Shown here in pieces: positions 34,592-43,876 of a stretch of DNA of 64,000 bases. Every line of letters starts with the position of its first letter. Positions within the stretch are counted from its first letter, which is position 1. The stretch spans positions 992,001-1,056,000 of the forward strand of contig CAVQKE010000004.1 of NCBI GenBank assembly GCA_963713045.1, in the 5' to 3' direction. Below the pieces are notes generated by a model, which was given only the letters and a program-made list of their open reading frames with translations, did not search any database and was not told where the DNA came from. Both the position numbers and the translations under genes were made by a program. The stretch is from an uncultured delta proteobacterium (lineage in GTDB: Bacteria > Myxococcota > Myxococcia > Myxococcales > Myxococcaceae).

Positions 34592-35539
34592 ATGAGTTCC
34601 ACCTCCTCCAAAGTCCTCACCGCGGACCGCATTTGGCTCGATGGCAAGCTGGTGCCCTGGGCGGAGGGGCAGGTGCCGGTGATGACGCACGCCCTGCACT
34701 ACGGGCTGGGCGTCTTTGAGGGCATCCGCGCCTACGCCACCGCCGACGGACGGCTGGCCATTTTCCGTCTGCGAGACCACCTGCGCCGCTTCTTCGACTC
34801 GGCGCACATTGTCCAATTGAATATGCCGTGGAGCGAAGACGCGGTGGGCGAGGCTTGCCTGCAGCTGCTGCGGGCCCAGGCCGAGCGCTTCAAGGGCGGC
34901 GCCTACCTGCGCCCGATTGCCTTCATGGGCGACGGGGCGATGGGGCTGGGGGCCACCAACCCCACCCGGCTGGCCATCACCGCCTGGGACTGGGGCGCCT
35001 ACCTCGGCGAGAAGGGCATGCGCGAGGGCATTCGCGCCAAGGTGAGCAGCTTTTGCCGCACCCCAGTCAACACCGGCATGGCGCGGGGGAAAATTACCGG
35101 GCAGTACGTCAATTCCATTTTGGCCAAGCGCGAAGCGGTGCAGGCCGGCTACGACGAAGCCATTCTGCTGGACACCGCGGGGCTGGTGGCCGAGGCCTCC
35201 GGAGAAAACGTCTTTCTCCTCAACCAGGAGGGCTGGGTGAAGACGCCCCCCCTGTCCTCCCCCATTCTCGACGGCATTACCCGTAGGACCGCCATTGCCC
35301 TGTTGCGCGAGCAGGGCCACACGGTGGAGGAAGTCACCTTCACCCGGGACGCGCTGTACTTGGCCCGCGAAGTCTTCTTCACCGGCACCGCCGCGGAAAT
35401 TACCCCGGTGCGCGAAGTGGACAACCGCGCGGTGGGGACCGGCCGCGCCGGGCCGGTGGTGAAAGCCCTGCAAGACGTCTTCTTCCGCAGCGTGCGCGGA
35501 CAGACGCCGCAGTCGGCCGAGTGGCTGACCTACGTTTGA
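34592..35539 (+). CDS. ilvE: Branched-chain amino acid aminotransferase
   Basis: HALHYGLGVFEGIRAY, KITGQYVNS, EASGENVF, LDGITR, FTGTAAEITP. Confidence 0.96.
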   Translation: MSSTSSKVLTADRIWLDGKLVPWAEGQVPVMTHALHYGLGVFEGIRAYATADGRLAIFRLRDHLRRFFDSAHIVQLNMPWSEDAVGEACLQLLRAQAERFKGGAYLRPIAFMGDGAMGLGATNPTRLAITAWDWGAYLGEKGMREGIRAKVSSFCRTPVNTGMARGKITGQYVNSILAKREAVQAGYDEAILLDTAGLVAEASGENVFLLNQEGWVKTPPLSSPILDGITRRTAIALLREQGHTVEEVTFTRDALYLAREVFFTGTAAEITPVREVDNRAVGTGRAGPVVKALQDVFFRSVRGQTPQSAEWLTYV

Positions 35540-37440
35540 AGTGGGCGGCGCCGGGGCGCTGGACGGCCGAACGCGCCCGCGTCCTCCTCCGGGCCCTGTT
35601 GGCGGCGGTCGCCCTTGTCGTGACAGGCGAGGTGTTTTGGGCGGCGGTGCACCACCTCGGCCCGGACAGCAGCGGCCTGGAGACGTTTAACTCCGACGCG
35701 GCCATCCCCATCCTCATGGCCAACCAGGGGCAGTGGGGACTACAAGAGGCCTACTACGCCGGGCAGGACCGCTTCGGGGCGTGGCCCTTCTGGCTGGCCC
35801 ATGTGCTGGGCAACCTGCTGCACCGTCCGGTGACGCCCCAGCTGTTTTTCCTTTTGGCCACCGCCTTCCTCGCCTCGGGCGTCGTGCCGGCGATGCTGCT
35901 GTGTCGCCGGGCCCCTGGGCTGGCCGCCCTGGCCTACGCCATTGCCCTCCTCGCCCCAGAAACGCGAGGCGCCGTCTTCTGGTTCCAGCCCTACCCCTGG
36001 CAAATTTCCCTTCTCCTCTGGGCCTGGTGGGTCCTCCGTCGGGCCTGGGCGGCAAAGGCCCCCCTCCGTCGGGCCGGCTGGCTGGCCTGCGCCACCGTCC
36101 TGTCATTCCTCGCCACCTGGACGTCGCCATTAAGCGGCCCGCTGCTGCTGGCGCTGACGGTGGTGGAGGGCCAAGGGGCCAAGGCGCAGCGCGCCGCTCA
36201 GCCGTCCTGGCGTCTGTTGCTTCTACTGTCGCCGGCGCTGTTGGCCATGGTGGCGGAGGTGGCCCTGCGGCTGGCCTACCGCGCCAGCGTCCTGGCGCGT
36301 TTCCACGAATTGGGCGTCACCCACTTTGAGGTGGACAGCGGCCACCTGTTGGCCAACGCGGGCCAGGTTTGGCTCCGGCTGGGTGAGGCGCCGCGGCCAC
36401 TGCTTGCCCTCCTCGTCCTGACGGGCGCCGGCTGCCTCCTCCTCGCCCGCCGCCTGCGGGCTGGCGCGGCGCTGTGCTTCAGCCCGCTGGGGTGCACGCT
36501 CCTCGGTGCAGGGCTTCTTGCCCTGCTGCCGCTGCCGGTGCTGGTGGCCGTCCGCCACGTGCGCTTCAGCGAGTACCTTCCGCGCTACTTCACGCTGACG
36601 CATGTCTTCGCGCTTTTCGGCGCCCTGCTGGTGCTGACGGCCTGGCTGCCTTCGCGGCTGCCGGGTTGGCCCGCGGTGGCCGCCCTGGCGGCGGGGACAG
36701 CGGCCTTGGGGTTTTTGGCCCAAGCGCTTCGGCCAACCGACGCTGTCAATCCGGACTACGCCCGGCTTCAAGCCACCGCGCAGCAGCTGGCCCAGCGCGC
36801 GCCCGGTGCGCTGCTTCTGGACGGCTACTGGGGGACATACGTCTACGCCGCCCTGGCGCCGCCGGGGCAGCTGCGGCCGCTGCCCCGCTCCGGAGAATGG
36901 AATCGGCTCCCGGCCCTGGAGGCGCAGCTGGCCCAGGCGCACCAGGTGCTGGTGGGCCACCAGTCATTCTTGGCCAAGCAGCCGGGCTTGGAACCGCCCT
37001 GGCTTTTCCAGTACGGCGTGCTGCTGGTGCGCGAGGAGGCCAACTTCTTCTCGGACGGCGTGGACACCTTCTCCAGCTACCGCCCCACCGCCGTACAAGC
37101 GCTGCGCTTTTCAGCCCAGCCACCGCTGGAAGGCCGCCACCTCGAGCAAGGCGCGGTGCAAGCCACGCTTCAGCTGGAAGCGCCCGCCTCCGCGACGGCG
37201 GTGGTGGTGGAGTTGTCCTGCCAAACCCTCGAAGCGCTGCCGCGGGCTTGGGCCGAGGGCCCGGGCGAAGCCCGTCTTCCGGTGGAGGTGCGGGCGGTGC
37301 CGGGCGCCGTCTTCCTTCTTCTGCCCGAAAATGCCTTGGCCCAGCTGCTGCACCTAGTATTTGCGCCGCAGCGCTGCCGGGTGCGGGCGGTGTGCTGGTT
37401 TGTCCCGCCGCCCGGACGGCCCTGGGGACTGGCGCGCTGA
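35536..37440 (+). CDS. Polytopic membrane protein, possible GT-C-fold glycosyltransferase
   Basis: About 11-13 hydrophobic segments; first loop NSDAAIPILMA...YAGQDRFG; PRYF motif; soluble C-terminal domain; start uncertain. Confidence 0.55.
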   Translation: MKWAAPGRWTAERARVLLRALLAAVALVVTGEVFWAAVHHLGPDSSGLETFNSDAAIPILMANQGQWGLQEAYYAGQDRFGAWPFWLAHVLGNLLHRPVTPQLFFLLATAFLASGVVPAMLLCRRAPGLAALAYAIALLAPETRGAVFWFQPYPWQISLLLWAWWVLRRAWAAKAPLRRAGWLACATVLSFLATWTSPLSGPLLLALTVVEGQGAKAQRAAQPSWRLLLLLSPALLAMVAEVALRLAYRASVLARFHELGVTHFEVDSGHLLANAGQVWLRLGEAPRPLLALLVLTGAGCLLLARRLRAGAALCFSPLGCTLLGAGLLALLPLPVLVAVRHVRFSEYLPRYFTLTHVFALFGALLVLTAWLPSRLPGWPAVAALAAGTAALGFLAQALRPTDAVNPDYARLQATAQQLAQRAPGALLLDGYWGTYVYAALAPPGQLRPLPRSGEWNRLPALEAQLAQAHQVLVGHQSFLAKQPGLEPPWLFQYGVLLVREEANFFSDGVDTFSSYRPTAVQALRFSAQPPLEGRHLEQGAVQATLQLEAPASATAVVVELSCQTLEALPRAWAEGPGEARLPVEVRAVPGAVFLLLPENALAQLLHLVFAPQRCRVRAVCWFVPPPGRPWGLAR

Positions 37441-37560
37441 AAGGGCGGTCTGCACCTTTTGGCGGACAGCACGCTTGCGGTGGCGCGCGGTGGCTGCCTA
37501 TTCTCCGCCGCCCGTTCGAGAAGCGGCCTTTGGCTTCCGACTCGTGCGCGCCCCAGCCCC

Positions 37561-38391
37561 GTGAAAGAGCGTTACCAGGAAATCGACGACAAGAACGAGT
37601 CGTTACGTGAACTGTTCGCCCAGCATTCCAAGGCGCGGGAGTTTCTCGACCGCTTTGAAATGTCCTGGGTGTACCACGACAACGCGCTGGAGGGCGTCGT
37701 CTACGCCCCACCGGAGCTGCAGGCGGCGCTGCACCCAGAGGGGCCGCCGGACGCGTCCATGGTGCCGGCGGTGCTGGACATCCGCAACCAGAAGGCCGCC
37801 ATCGACTACATCCGCGAGGAGGCCAAGTCCGCCGGCCGAAAGCAGTCAGCGGTGTCGATGGCCGTCCTGAAGCGCATCCACGACTTGCTGCTGGGCAACA
37901 CGCCCGAGGCGCTGGCGGCCCGGGCGGCAGCCGAGCGCCGCGAGCGCACCGAGAAGGAACTGAACAAAGAAAGAGACCGGGCCGGGCTGCGCCGCGACAT
38001 GCCGCTGCACCGCACCTATTTCCACGACATCGCCCAGCCGGCGAAGATTCCCGCCCTTCTCGAAAAACTGGTGGAGTTCACCGGCTCGACCGAATTCCGC
38101 GAGTACCATCCCATCAAGCAGGCGGCGACCTTTCAGTTTCAATTCCTCCAAATTTTCCCCTTCAGCGAGCACTCGGGAAAAGTCGGCCGCATGGCCAGTA
38201 ACCTGTTGTTGCAGCGCCACGGCTACCTGCCCTGCGTCATCCACTCCATCGACCGCCAGCGGTATTACGAAGCCTTTCGCGGTACGCCGTCCACCTTCCG
38301 CACCCTCCTCATGGACGCCATGGAGAACTCGCTCGACAACGGGCTGAAGTTTTTCCGCGACCAGGCCCGCCACTACCGCGCGATTAACTGA
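37561..38391 (+). CDS. Fic-domain protein with degenerate active site
   Basis: WVYHDNALEG, HPIKQAA, IFPFSEHSGKVGR in place of HPFxDGNGRxxR; GTG start at 37561. Confidence 0.85.
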   Translation: MKERYQEIDDKNESLRELFAQHSKAREFLDRFEMSWVYHDNALEGVVYAPPELQAALHPEGPPDASMVPAVLDIRNQKAAIDYIREEAKSAGRKQSAVSMAVLKRIHDLLLGNTPEALAARAAAERRERTEKELNKERDRAGLRRDMPLHRTYFHDIAQPAKIPALLEKLVEFTGSTEFREYHPIKQAATFQFQFLQIFPFSEHSGKVGRMASNLLLQRHGYLPCVIHSIDRQRYYEAFRGTPSTFRTLLMDAMENSLDNGLKFFRDQARHYRAIN

Positions 38392-38620
38392 CGGCTCGGC
38401 CTCTCCCCCGCCGGCGAGCGACGCAGCTCCCAACGGGGCCCCGACCGGCCCCCCGGGGCCCCCCTGGCCGCGGGCTCCCCTCGGGTACCTTGGGAAAATT
38501 CTCAAGACAATGCGAGGGCTTGGCCCTTCGGCCGCTTCGCGTGCTGGAAACCCCCCCTGCAGAGCGCTATGGCAGAAGGCCCCGGCTTCCGGTTCCGGCA
38601 GCAAGAGGCCCGCACCCCCC

Positions 38621-39715
38621 ATGCCGTCCACGCTGTCGAGCCGCACCAAGTCCGAAGAATCCCCGGAAGCTCCCCTGGGGGACATGCCGGCCCGGGACAA
38701 GCTGGAGGCCCTGGTTGAATTGGCCCACCAGCGCAAGCGGGCCCTCATCCTCACCCATGACAATCCGGACCCGGACAGCCTGGCCGCCGCCGTCGGGCTC
38801 GCCTTCCTGCTGCAGCGCAAGGGCGGCATCGAAGCCCATGCCGCCTACGGCGGCATCATCGGCCGCTCGGAAAACCTGGCGCTGGTGAAGGTGCTCCACC
38901 TGCCGGTGGTGCCCGTCAGCCAGGTGGTGTTTGACGAATATGACTTGCTGGGCCTGGTCGACACCCAGCCCCCCACCGGCAACCATTCCATCCCCGGCCG
39001 CTACCCGGTGGACATGGTGGTGGACCACCACCCCCTGCGCGATGAGAGTCTCCGGGCACCCTTCGCGGACGTCGGCGGGGACTTTGGAGCCACCTCCACC
39101 ATGGTGGTGCAGTACCTCCGGGCGGCGAGGCTTGAGCCGTCGGCGGAGTTGGCCACCGCCCTCTTCTACGGCATCAAGACAGACAGCCGGGACTTGGGGC
39201 GACAGACGACGCCCAGCGACGTGGAGGCCTACCTCTGGCTCTTCCCGCGCGTGGACAAACACTTGCTCGGCCGCATTGAGCATCCCGACCTCCCGGCCGA
39301 GTACTTCCGGCTGTACCACCTGGCCATCGAACGGGCGAAACTGTACGGGGACAGCGTCGTCGTCACCGACTTGAAGGACATTTACACCCCGGACATGGTG
39401 GCCGAGGTGGCCGAGCGCCTGATGAGTCTGGAAGGGATGAAGTGGTCGCTGGCCTACGGCACCTACCAGGGCAGCCTCTACGTCTCGCTGCGCGTGCGCG
39501 ACCGGCGGATGAATGCCGGACGGCTGATGCGCGAATTGTGTGAGAACCGCGGGGGCTCCGCCGGCGGCCACGGCAGCATGGCCGGGGCGCGCCTGCCCTT
39601 GCCGGCCTCTCGCGATGCCGCCGCGCGCCTCAAGCGCAAGCTGCTGCGGGACTTCCTGAAGGCCTTCGGCGTGACGGGCGAGCAGCCGCGTTCACTTCTG
39701 GCCGGCGAGGCGTAA
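38621..39715 (+). CDS. DHH/DHHA1 phosphoesterase (NrnA-like)
   Basis: THDNPDPDS, VDT, VDHH, GIKTDS, AGGHGSMAG. Confidence 0.9.
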   Translation: MPSTLSSRTKSEESPEAPLGDMPARDKLEALVELAHQRKRALILTHDNPDPDSLAAAVGLAFLLQRKGGIEAHAAYGGIIGRSENLALVKVLHLPVVPVSQVVFDEYDLLGLVDTQPPTGNHSIPGRYPVDMVVDHHPLRDESLRAPFADVGGDFGATSTMVVQYLRAARLEPSAELATALFYGIKTDSRDLGRQTTPSDVEAYLWLFPRVDKHLLGRIEHPDLPAEYFRLYHLAIERAKLYGDSVVVTDLKDIYTPDMVAEVAERLMSLEGMKWSLAYGTYQGSLYVSLRVRDRRMNAGRLMRELCENRGGSAGGHGSMAGARLPLPASRDAAARLKRKLLRDFLKAFGVTGEQPRSLLAGEA

Positions 39716-39803
39716 GCGCCCTCGGGGCCTGCGCGCGCCCCCCAGGAGGGATTAGAGTGCGCGGCGCACAGCCCGTCCGGGCCAGTGCCCAAAGGCGACG
39801 CAC

Positions 39804-40952
39804 ATGGTGTACCTCGACCACAACGCCAGCACGCCGCTTCGTCCCGAGGTGGCAGACGCCCTGGCGCGCGCCTTTTCCTCCTGTGCCCCCGCCAACCCGA
39901 GCAGTGTGCACGCCGCTGGACGTGCCGCCCGCACCCGGCTGGACGGCGCCCGGGCCCGCGTGGCCCGCGCCCTTGGCTGCGAGCCGCGGGAAGTGGTGTT
40001 TACCGCCTCCGGCACGGAAGCCGACGCGCTGGCTGTGAAGGGCAGCTGGCTCGTCCGGCCCGAGCCCCGGCGCACCCGCGTGGTGACGTCCAGCGTGGAA
40101 CACCCAGCCATCCTCTTCGCCGCCCGGCAGCTGAAGGCCCTGGGGGCGGAGGTCACCGAAGTCCCCCCGGCCGCCGATGGGCACGTTCCAGCCGAGGCGA
40201 TGGCCGCGCAGCTCGGACCGGACGTCGCGCTCTGCTCGCTGATGTGGGCCAACAATGAGACCGGGGTCCTCCAGCCAGTGGCGGAGGTGGCGCGTGCCTG
40301 TCGCGCGGCGGGCATCCTCTTCCACACCGACGCCGTCCAAGCGGTGGGCAAGGTGGACGTCTCGCTGCGCCAGGTGGACGCCGACCTGCTTTCGCTGAGC
40401 GCCCACAAGTTTGGCGGCCCGCCAGGGACCGGCGTCCTTGTCGTCCGGCGCGGGGTGAAGCTGGACGCACTTTCCGCCGGCCACCAAGAGGCCGGCCGGC
40501 GAGGCGGTACCCCGTCGGTGGCCTTGGCCGAGGCGCTGGCCCTGGCGCTGGAGGCGGCCCACCGTGACTTGGCCGACACCGCCGCGCGGATGGGCGCGCT
40601 GCGCAACCGCTTCGAGCACGCGGTGAGGGAGCGGGCCAGCGGCGTCCAAGTCAACGGCACCGCCCCACGCGTGCCCAACACCAGCAACCTGCGCTTCGAC
40701 GGCATTGACGCCGAGGCGCTGCTGATTGCTCTGGACCTGGACGGCATTTGCGTCTCCACCGGGGCAGCCTGTGCCTCGGGCACGCTGCAGGCCAGCCACG
40801 TCCTCACCGCCATGGGACTGTCGGCCCAGCAGGCCCGTTCTAGCCTGCGGGTGTCCGTCGGCCTGGCGACGACGGCCGACGAGGTGGACTTGGCAGTGGA
40901 GGCCCTGGTCCGACATGTGACGCGCCTCGGCCTCGGCGCGGCCGCCGCCTAG
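39804..40952 (+). CDS. Cysteine desulfurase (IscS/NifS type)
   Basis: YLDHNASTP, NPSSVH, NNETG, HTDAVQ, SAHKFGGP, STGAACASG. Confidence 0.93.
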   Translation: MVYLDHNASTPLRPEVADALARAFSSCAPANPSSVHAAGRAARTRLDGARARVARALGCEPREVVFTASGTEADALAVKGSWLVRPEPRRTRVVTSSVEHPAILFAARQLKALGAEVTEVPPAADGHVPAEAMAAQLGPDVALCSLMWANNETGVLQPVAEVARACRAAGILFHTDAVQAVGKVDVSLRQVDADLLSLSAHKFGGPPGTGVLVVRRGVKLDALSAGHQEAGRRGGTPSVALAEALALALEAAHRDLADTAARMGALRNRFEHAVRERASGVQVNGTAPRVPNTSNLRFDGIDAEALLIALDLDGICVSTGAACASGTLQASHVLTAMGLSAQQARSSLRVSVGLATTADEVDLAVEALVRHVTRLGLGAAAA

Positions 40953-40974
40953 GGAACAAAACCCAGCCCCTGTC

Positions 40975-41928
40975 CTACAACAGCGGAACTTCCTCGGTGG
41001 CCCCGAAGAGGCCGCGCACCAAGGCGGCAATGGCCAGGGGCGTCCCCACCCGCTCGTCGTAAAGGGACTCCAGCGCCCGGGCAAAGTCCGCCGCGGTGGC
41101 GAAGCGGCGAGCTGGGTCCGCGTCCAGCGCGCGGGCCATGGCGGCGTCCAGGGCCGCACCCGCTTCGGGGCGAGCCTCGCTGAGGGGCCGCCACCGGCCA
41201 CCCTCAATGGCGGCGAAAACGGACTCCGGGTCCCTGCCCTGGAAGGGACGTTGCAAGGTGAGCAATTCATACAGCATGACGGCCACCGCCCAGACGTCGG
41301 CGCCTTGCTGCACTTCGCCCTGCAGCACCTCGGGCGCGAGGTAGTACGGCTTTCCGGCCAGCTGCGCATCGCGTCCCCGGACGGTGCGCACCCGGGCGAT
41401 GCCAAAATCTCCCAGCTTCACCTCTCCCCCCCGGGAGATGAAGACGTTGGACGGCGAGACGTCGCAGTGCACCAGGCCGAGGGGCTCCCCGCGGGGTGAG
41501 CGCGCGTGGTGCGCGTAGTCCAGGGCCTCCAACAGGACGTGGGTCAGGTAGACGGCGAAGTCCACTGGCACCGGGATGTGGCGCTCGCGGCACTTCTTCA
41601 ACACCTGGGCCAGGTCCCGTCCGTCCACCCACTCCATGACGATGAAGCAGATGCCTTCGAAGAGGCCCACCTCCAACGTCTGGACAATGTGCGGGGAGTG
41701 CAGCGTCGTGGCCAGCTCTCCCTCCCGCGCGAAGCGCTGGACGTAGGTGGGCACCTGCGCCAACTCCGGAAGCAGTCGCTTCAGCGCCACCTGCTGGCCT
41801 GCCCACGGCCCGGCCAGCGTTCGCGCCCGCACCACCTCGGCCATGCCTCCGCGGCCAAGCGGGGCCAGGACTTCGTATTGGCCAAACACCCGCCCCGGCT
41901 GCCAGCCGGCCTGGGCAAACGGACTCAT
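40975..41928 (-). CDS. Cytoplasmic Hanks-type Ser/Thr protein kinase
   Basis: LGRGGMAEV, VALK, VHCDVSPSNV, DFG, YLAPE, DVW. Confidence 0.93.
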   Translation of the reverse strand: MSPFAQAGWQPGRVFGQYEVLAPLGRGGMAEVVRARTLAGPWAGQQVALKRLLPELAQVPTYVQRFAREGELATTLHSPHIVQTLEVGLFEGICFIVMEWVDGRDLAQVLKKCRERHIPVPVDFAVYLTHVLLEALDYAHHARSPRGEPLGLVHCDVSPSNVFISRGGEVKLGDFGIARVRTVRGRDAQLAGKPYYLAPEVLQGEVQQGADVWAVAVMLYELLTLQRPFQGRDPESVFAAIEGGRWRPLSEARPEAGAALDAAMARALDADPARRFATAADFARALESLYDERVGTPLAIAALVRGLFGATEEVPLL

Positions 41929-42773
41929 GGCGCGCCCCGCGCCGGGGTGCGGGCCGGCCGATGGGCGGCATTGGCGCGGGCCCGCTGCAGCAGCGCCGCG
42001 AAGCGCCCCGGGTCCTGCTTCTGAAGCGCCTGGAGGTCCGGGTCATGCGCCATGTCCTCGGCCTCGGCGAAGCCGTGCTTCATCGCGTCGTCCAGGGATT
42101 GAAAGGACTCCTCCAAGTCGCCCTTCCGCGCCTCGGCGCAGGCCAGGTTGTACAGGACGAGGTCGCCCGGCGCGTACTGGAAGGCCTTCTTGTAGGCCGC
42201 GATGGCCGCGTCATTTTCGCCGAGAAGCACCGCCGCCTCGCCCAGGCCGAGGTACACGCGCTTCGGGTCTTCCTTGGCCGCCAGCGCCTTCTCAAACTCG
42301 GCCCGCGCTGCCTTCCCCCGGCGCTCCTCCAGCGCCTGGACACCCAGCGCCGTGTGGTGGGGCAACTCGGTGTGCAACTTCGCCCGTGGACCCAGCACCA
42401 GCCGGCGCCCGTCCAGGCCAGCGCTGGTACAGCCCTCTGGCAACAGCAAGTCCGCCACCAACGTGCCGTCGGAGCCATTGTAAATGGCGAAGTACGGCAA
42501 GTCACCGCTGGGGCAGCCGACACCGGTGGTGCACAGCTGCACCGTCCCCACCAGCACATTGCCCTCCCAGACGGCGTCCACCACCGTCCGGCCCGCCTCA
42601 TAGCCGCACGGGTTGGGCGTCCCGGCTTTGCCCAACACGCGCAGCCCGTCCGGGCTGTCCCAAACCAATTCTCCCTCCCCACCCCACCGCGCCCTTTCGG
42701 GAAGCTGGGGGGAGGCGAGCACCACCGCAGGCACAAGCCAGAAGGCGCAAAGGGTGCGCAAAGAGGAGTTCAC
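41925..42773 (-). CDS. Secreted protein with Cys-containing N-terminal domain and TPRs
   Basis: Signal-peptide-like N-terminus; YNLACAEAR...DPDLQAL TPR end; stop overlaps kinase start. Confidence 0.75.
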   Translation of the reverse strand: MNSSLRTLCAFWLVPAVVLASPQLPERARWGGEGELVWDSPDGLRVLGKAGTPNPCGYEAGRTVVDAVWEGNVLVGTVQLCTTGVGCPSGDLPYFAIYNGSDGTLVADLLLPEGCTSAGLDGRRLVLGPRAKLHTELPHHTALGVQALEERRGKAARAEFEKALAAKEDPKRVYLGLGEAAVLLGENDAAIAAYKKAFQYAPGDLVLYNLACAEARKGDLEESFQSLDDAMKHGFAEAEDMAHDPDLQALQKQDPGRFAALLQRARANAAHRPARTPARGAP

Positions 42774-42903
42774 CGGAGGGAAACGCCTGGGGGAGTCCCA
42801 AGGGAGGTGGCAGGCAGCCCTGCAGCCTGCAAACGCTTGGGGGCGACTCTACTCTGCCCCCACCCCGGAAGGCCCCAAAACTACCGTTGCCCGGCCGCTT
42901 CGC

Positions 42904-42932
42904 TTGACCCGTCCGGGGGCGCTTCTTACTCT
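42904..42932 (+). promoter_or_regulatory. Sigma70-type promoter for ssrS-ygfA-tyrS
   Basis: TTGACC-17 nt-TACTCT. Confidence 0.65.
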
Positions 42933-43027
42933 TCCGAAGCAAGAGGGAAAGGCGGTTCCCCTCGAATCTCACGGGGCTCTCACACCATCCAGGAGGCACA
43001 CCACAGCGAGAAGCACCCGGCCCGGCT

Positions 43028-43216
43028 GTCCCCTGCGGGGTGCGTGATGCGCGGCAGAAATTCGAACCGATATGTCCATTCCGGGAGCCATCCTTGGATG
43101 CCATGCGTCACGCCCGCCCTCCTCTGGATGGCGGGAGACCTACGGCCTTCGCCTTGGTTCCCACCTTTCTGACAGGGTTCAATGGACGCTGCGCACACGG
43201 CCCGCCGGCGGGGGAC
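43028..43216 (+). ncRNA. ssrS: 6S RNA
   Basis: About 190 nt rod: GTCCCCTGC pairs with GCGGGGGAC, GTGCGTG with CACACG, GAACC with GGTTC, GGGAGCCA with TGGTTCCC, apical CCCGCC/GGCGGG hairpin; followed by T8; directly upstream of ygfA, the canonical 6S location. Confidence 0.88.
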
Positions 43217-43249
43217 TTTTTTTTCCTTCCCTTTCCTCGAAGCACCACC

Positions 43250-43876
43250 ATGAGTCAGCCTCCGGACGCGGAAGAGAAAGCCCGCGTCCGCGCGGAGCTG
43301 CGCGCGCGCCGAAGCGCACTGGCGGCTGAGGACGTCCAGGCGCGCGGGGCCCGCATTCAAGCGCGGGTGCTGGCCACCGAAGAATTTCGCCGGGCCCGCA
43401 CCGTGGCCCTCTACGCCGCGCTGCCGGGCGAAGTTCCCACCACGGCATTGCTGGCGGCGGCCCTGGCCGACGGCAAACGGGTGGCCTACCCAGTGGTACC
43501 CACCGCCGGCCGGGTCCTCACCTTCCACGCCGTCGAATCCGCTGGCCACCTTCTTCCCGCTGGCCGAATGCAGATTCCGGAGCCCGTCCCAGGGCGCCCG
43601 GAAGTGGCGCTTGCGTCCATCGACGTCTTCGTCGTCCCAGGCCTCGGCTTCAGCCGCCACGGCCACCGCCTGGGCCAGGGTGCTGGCTACTATGATGCGA
43701 CGCTGTCGCTCGCGCCTCCCGGCGCGACGCGGCTCGGGCTGGCGTTTTCCGAATGCCTGTTGGACGCCCTTCCCTTCAACGACGGCGACGTCCCGGTGCA
43801 CTGGGTGGTGACCGAGGACGGCGTCCTCGGCGCGCCTCGGGCCGGAACAACTGTGCTAGGTGCTCGGCCGAGATGA
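43250..43876 (+). CDS. ygfA: 5-formyltetrahydrofolate cyclo-ligase
   Basis: KARVRAEL, VVPGLGFS, RLGQGAGYYD, VVTE. Confidence 0.93.
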   Translation: MSQPPDAEEKARVRAELRARRSALAAEDVQARGARIQARVLATEEFRRARTVALYAALPGEVPTTALLAAALADGKRVAYPVVPTAGRVLTFHAVESAGHLLPAGRMQIPEPVPGRPEVALASIDVFVVPGLGFSRHGHRLGQGAGYYDATLSLAPPGATRLGLAFSECLLDALPFNDGDVPVHWVVTEDGVLGAPRAGTTVLGARPR

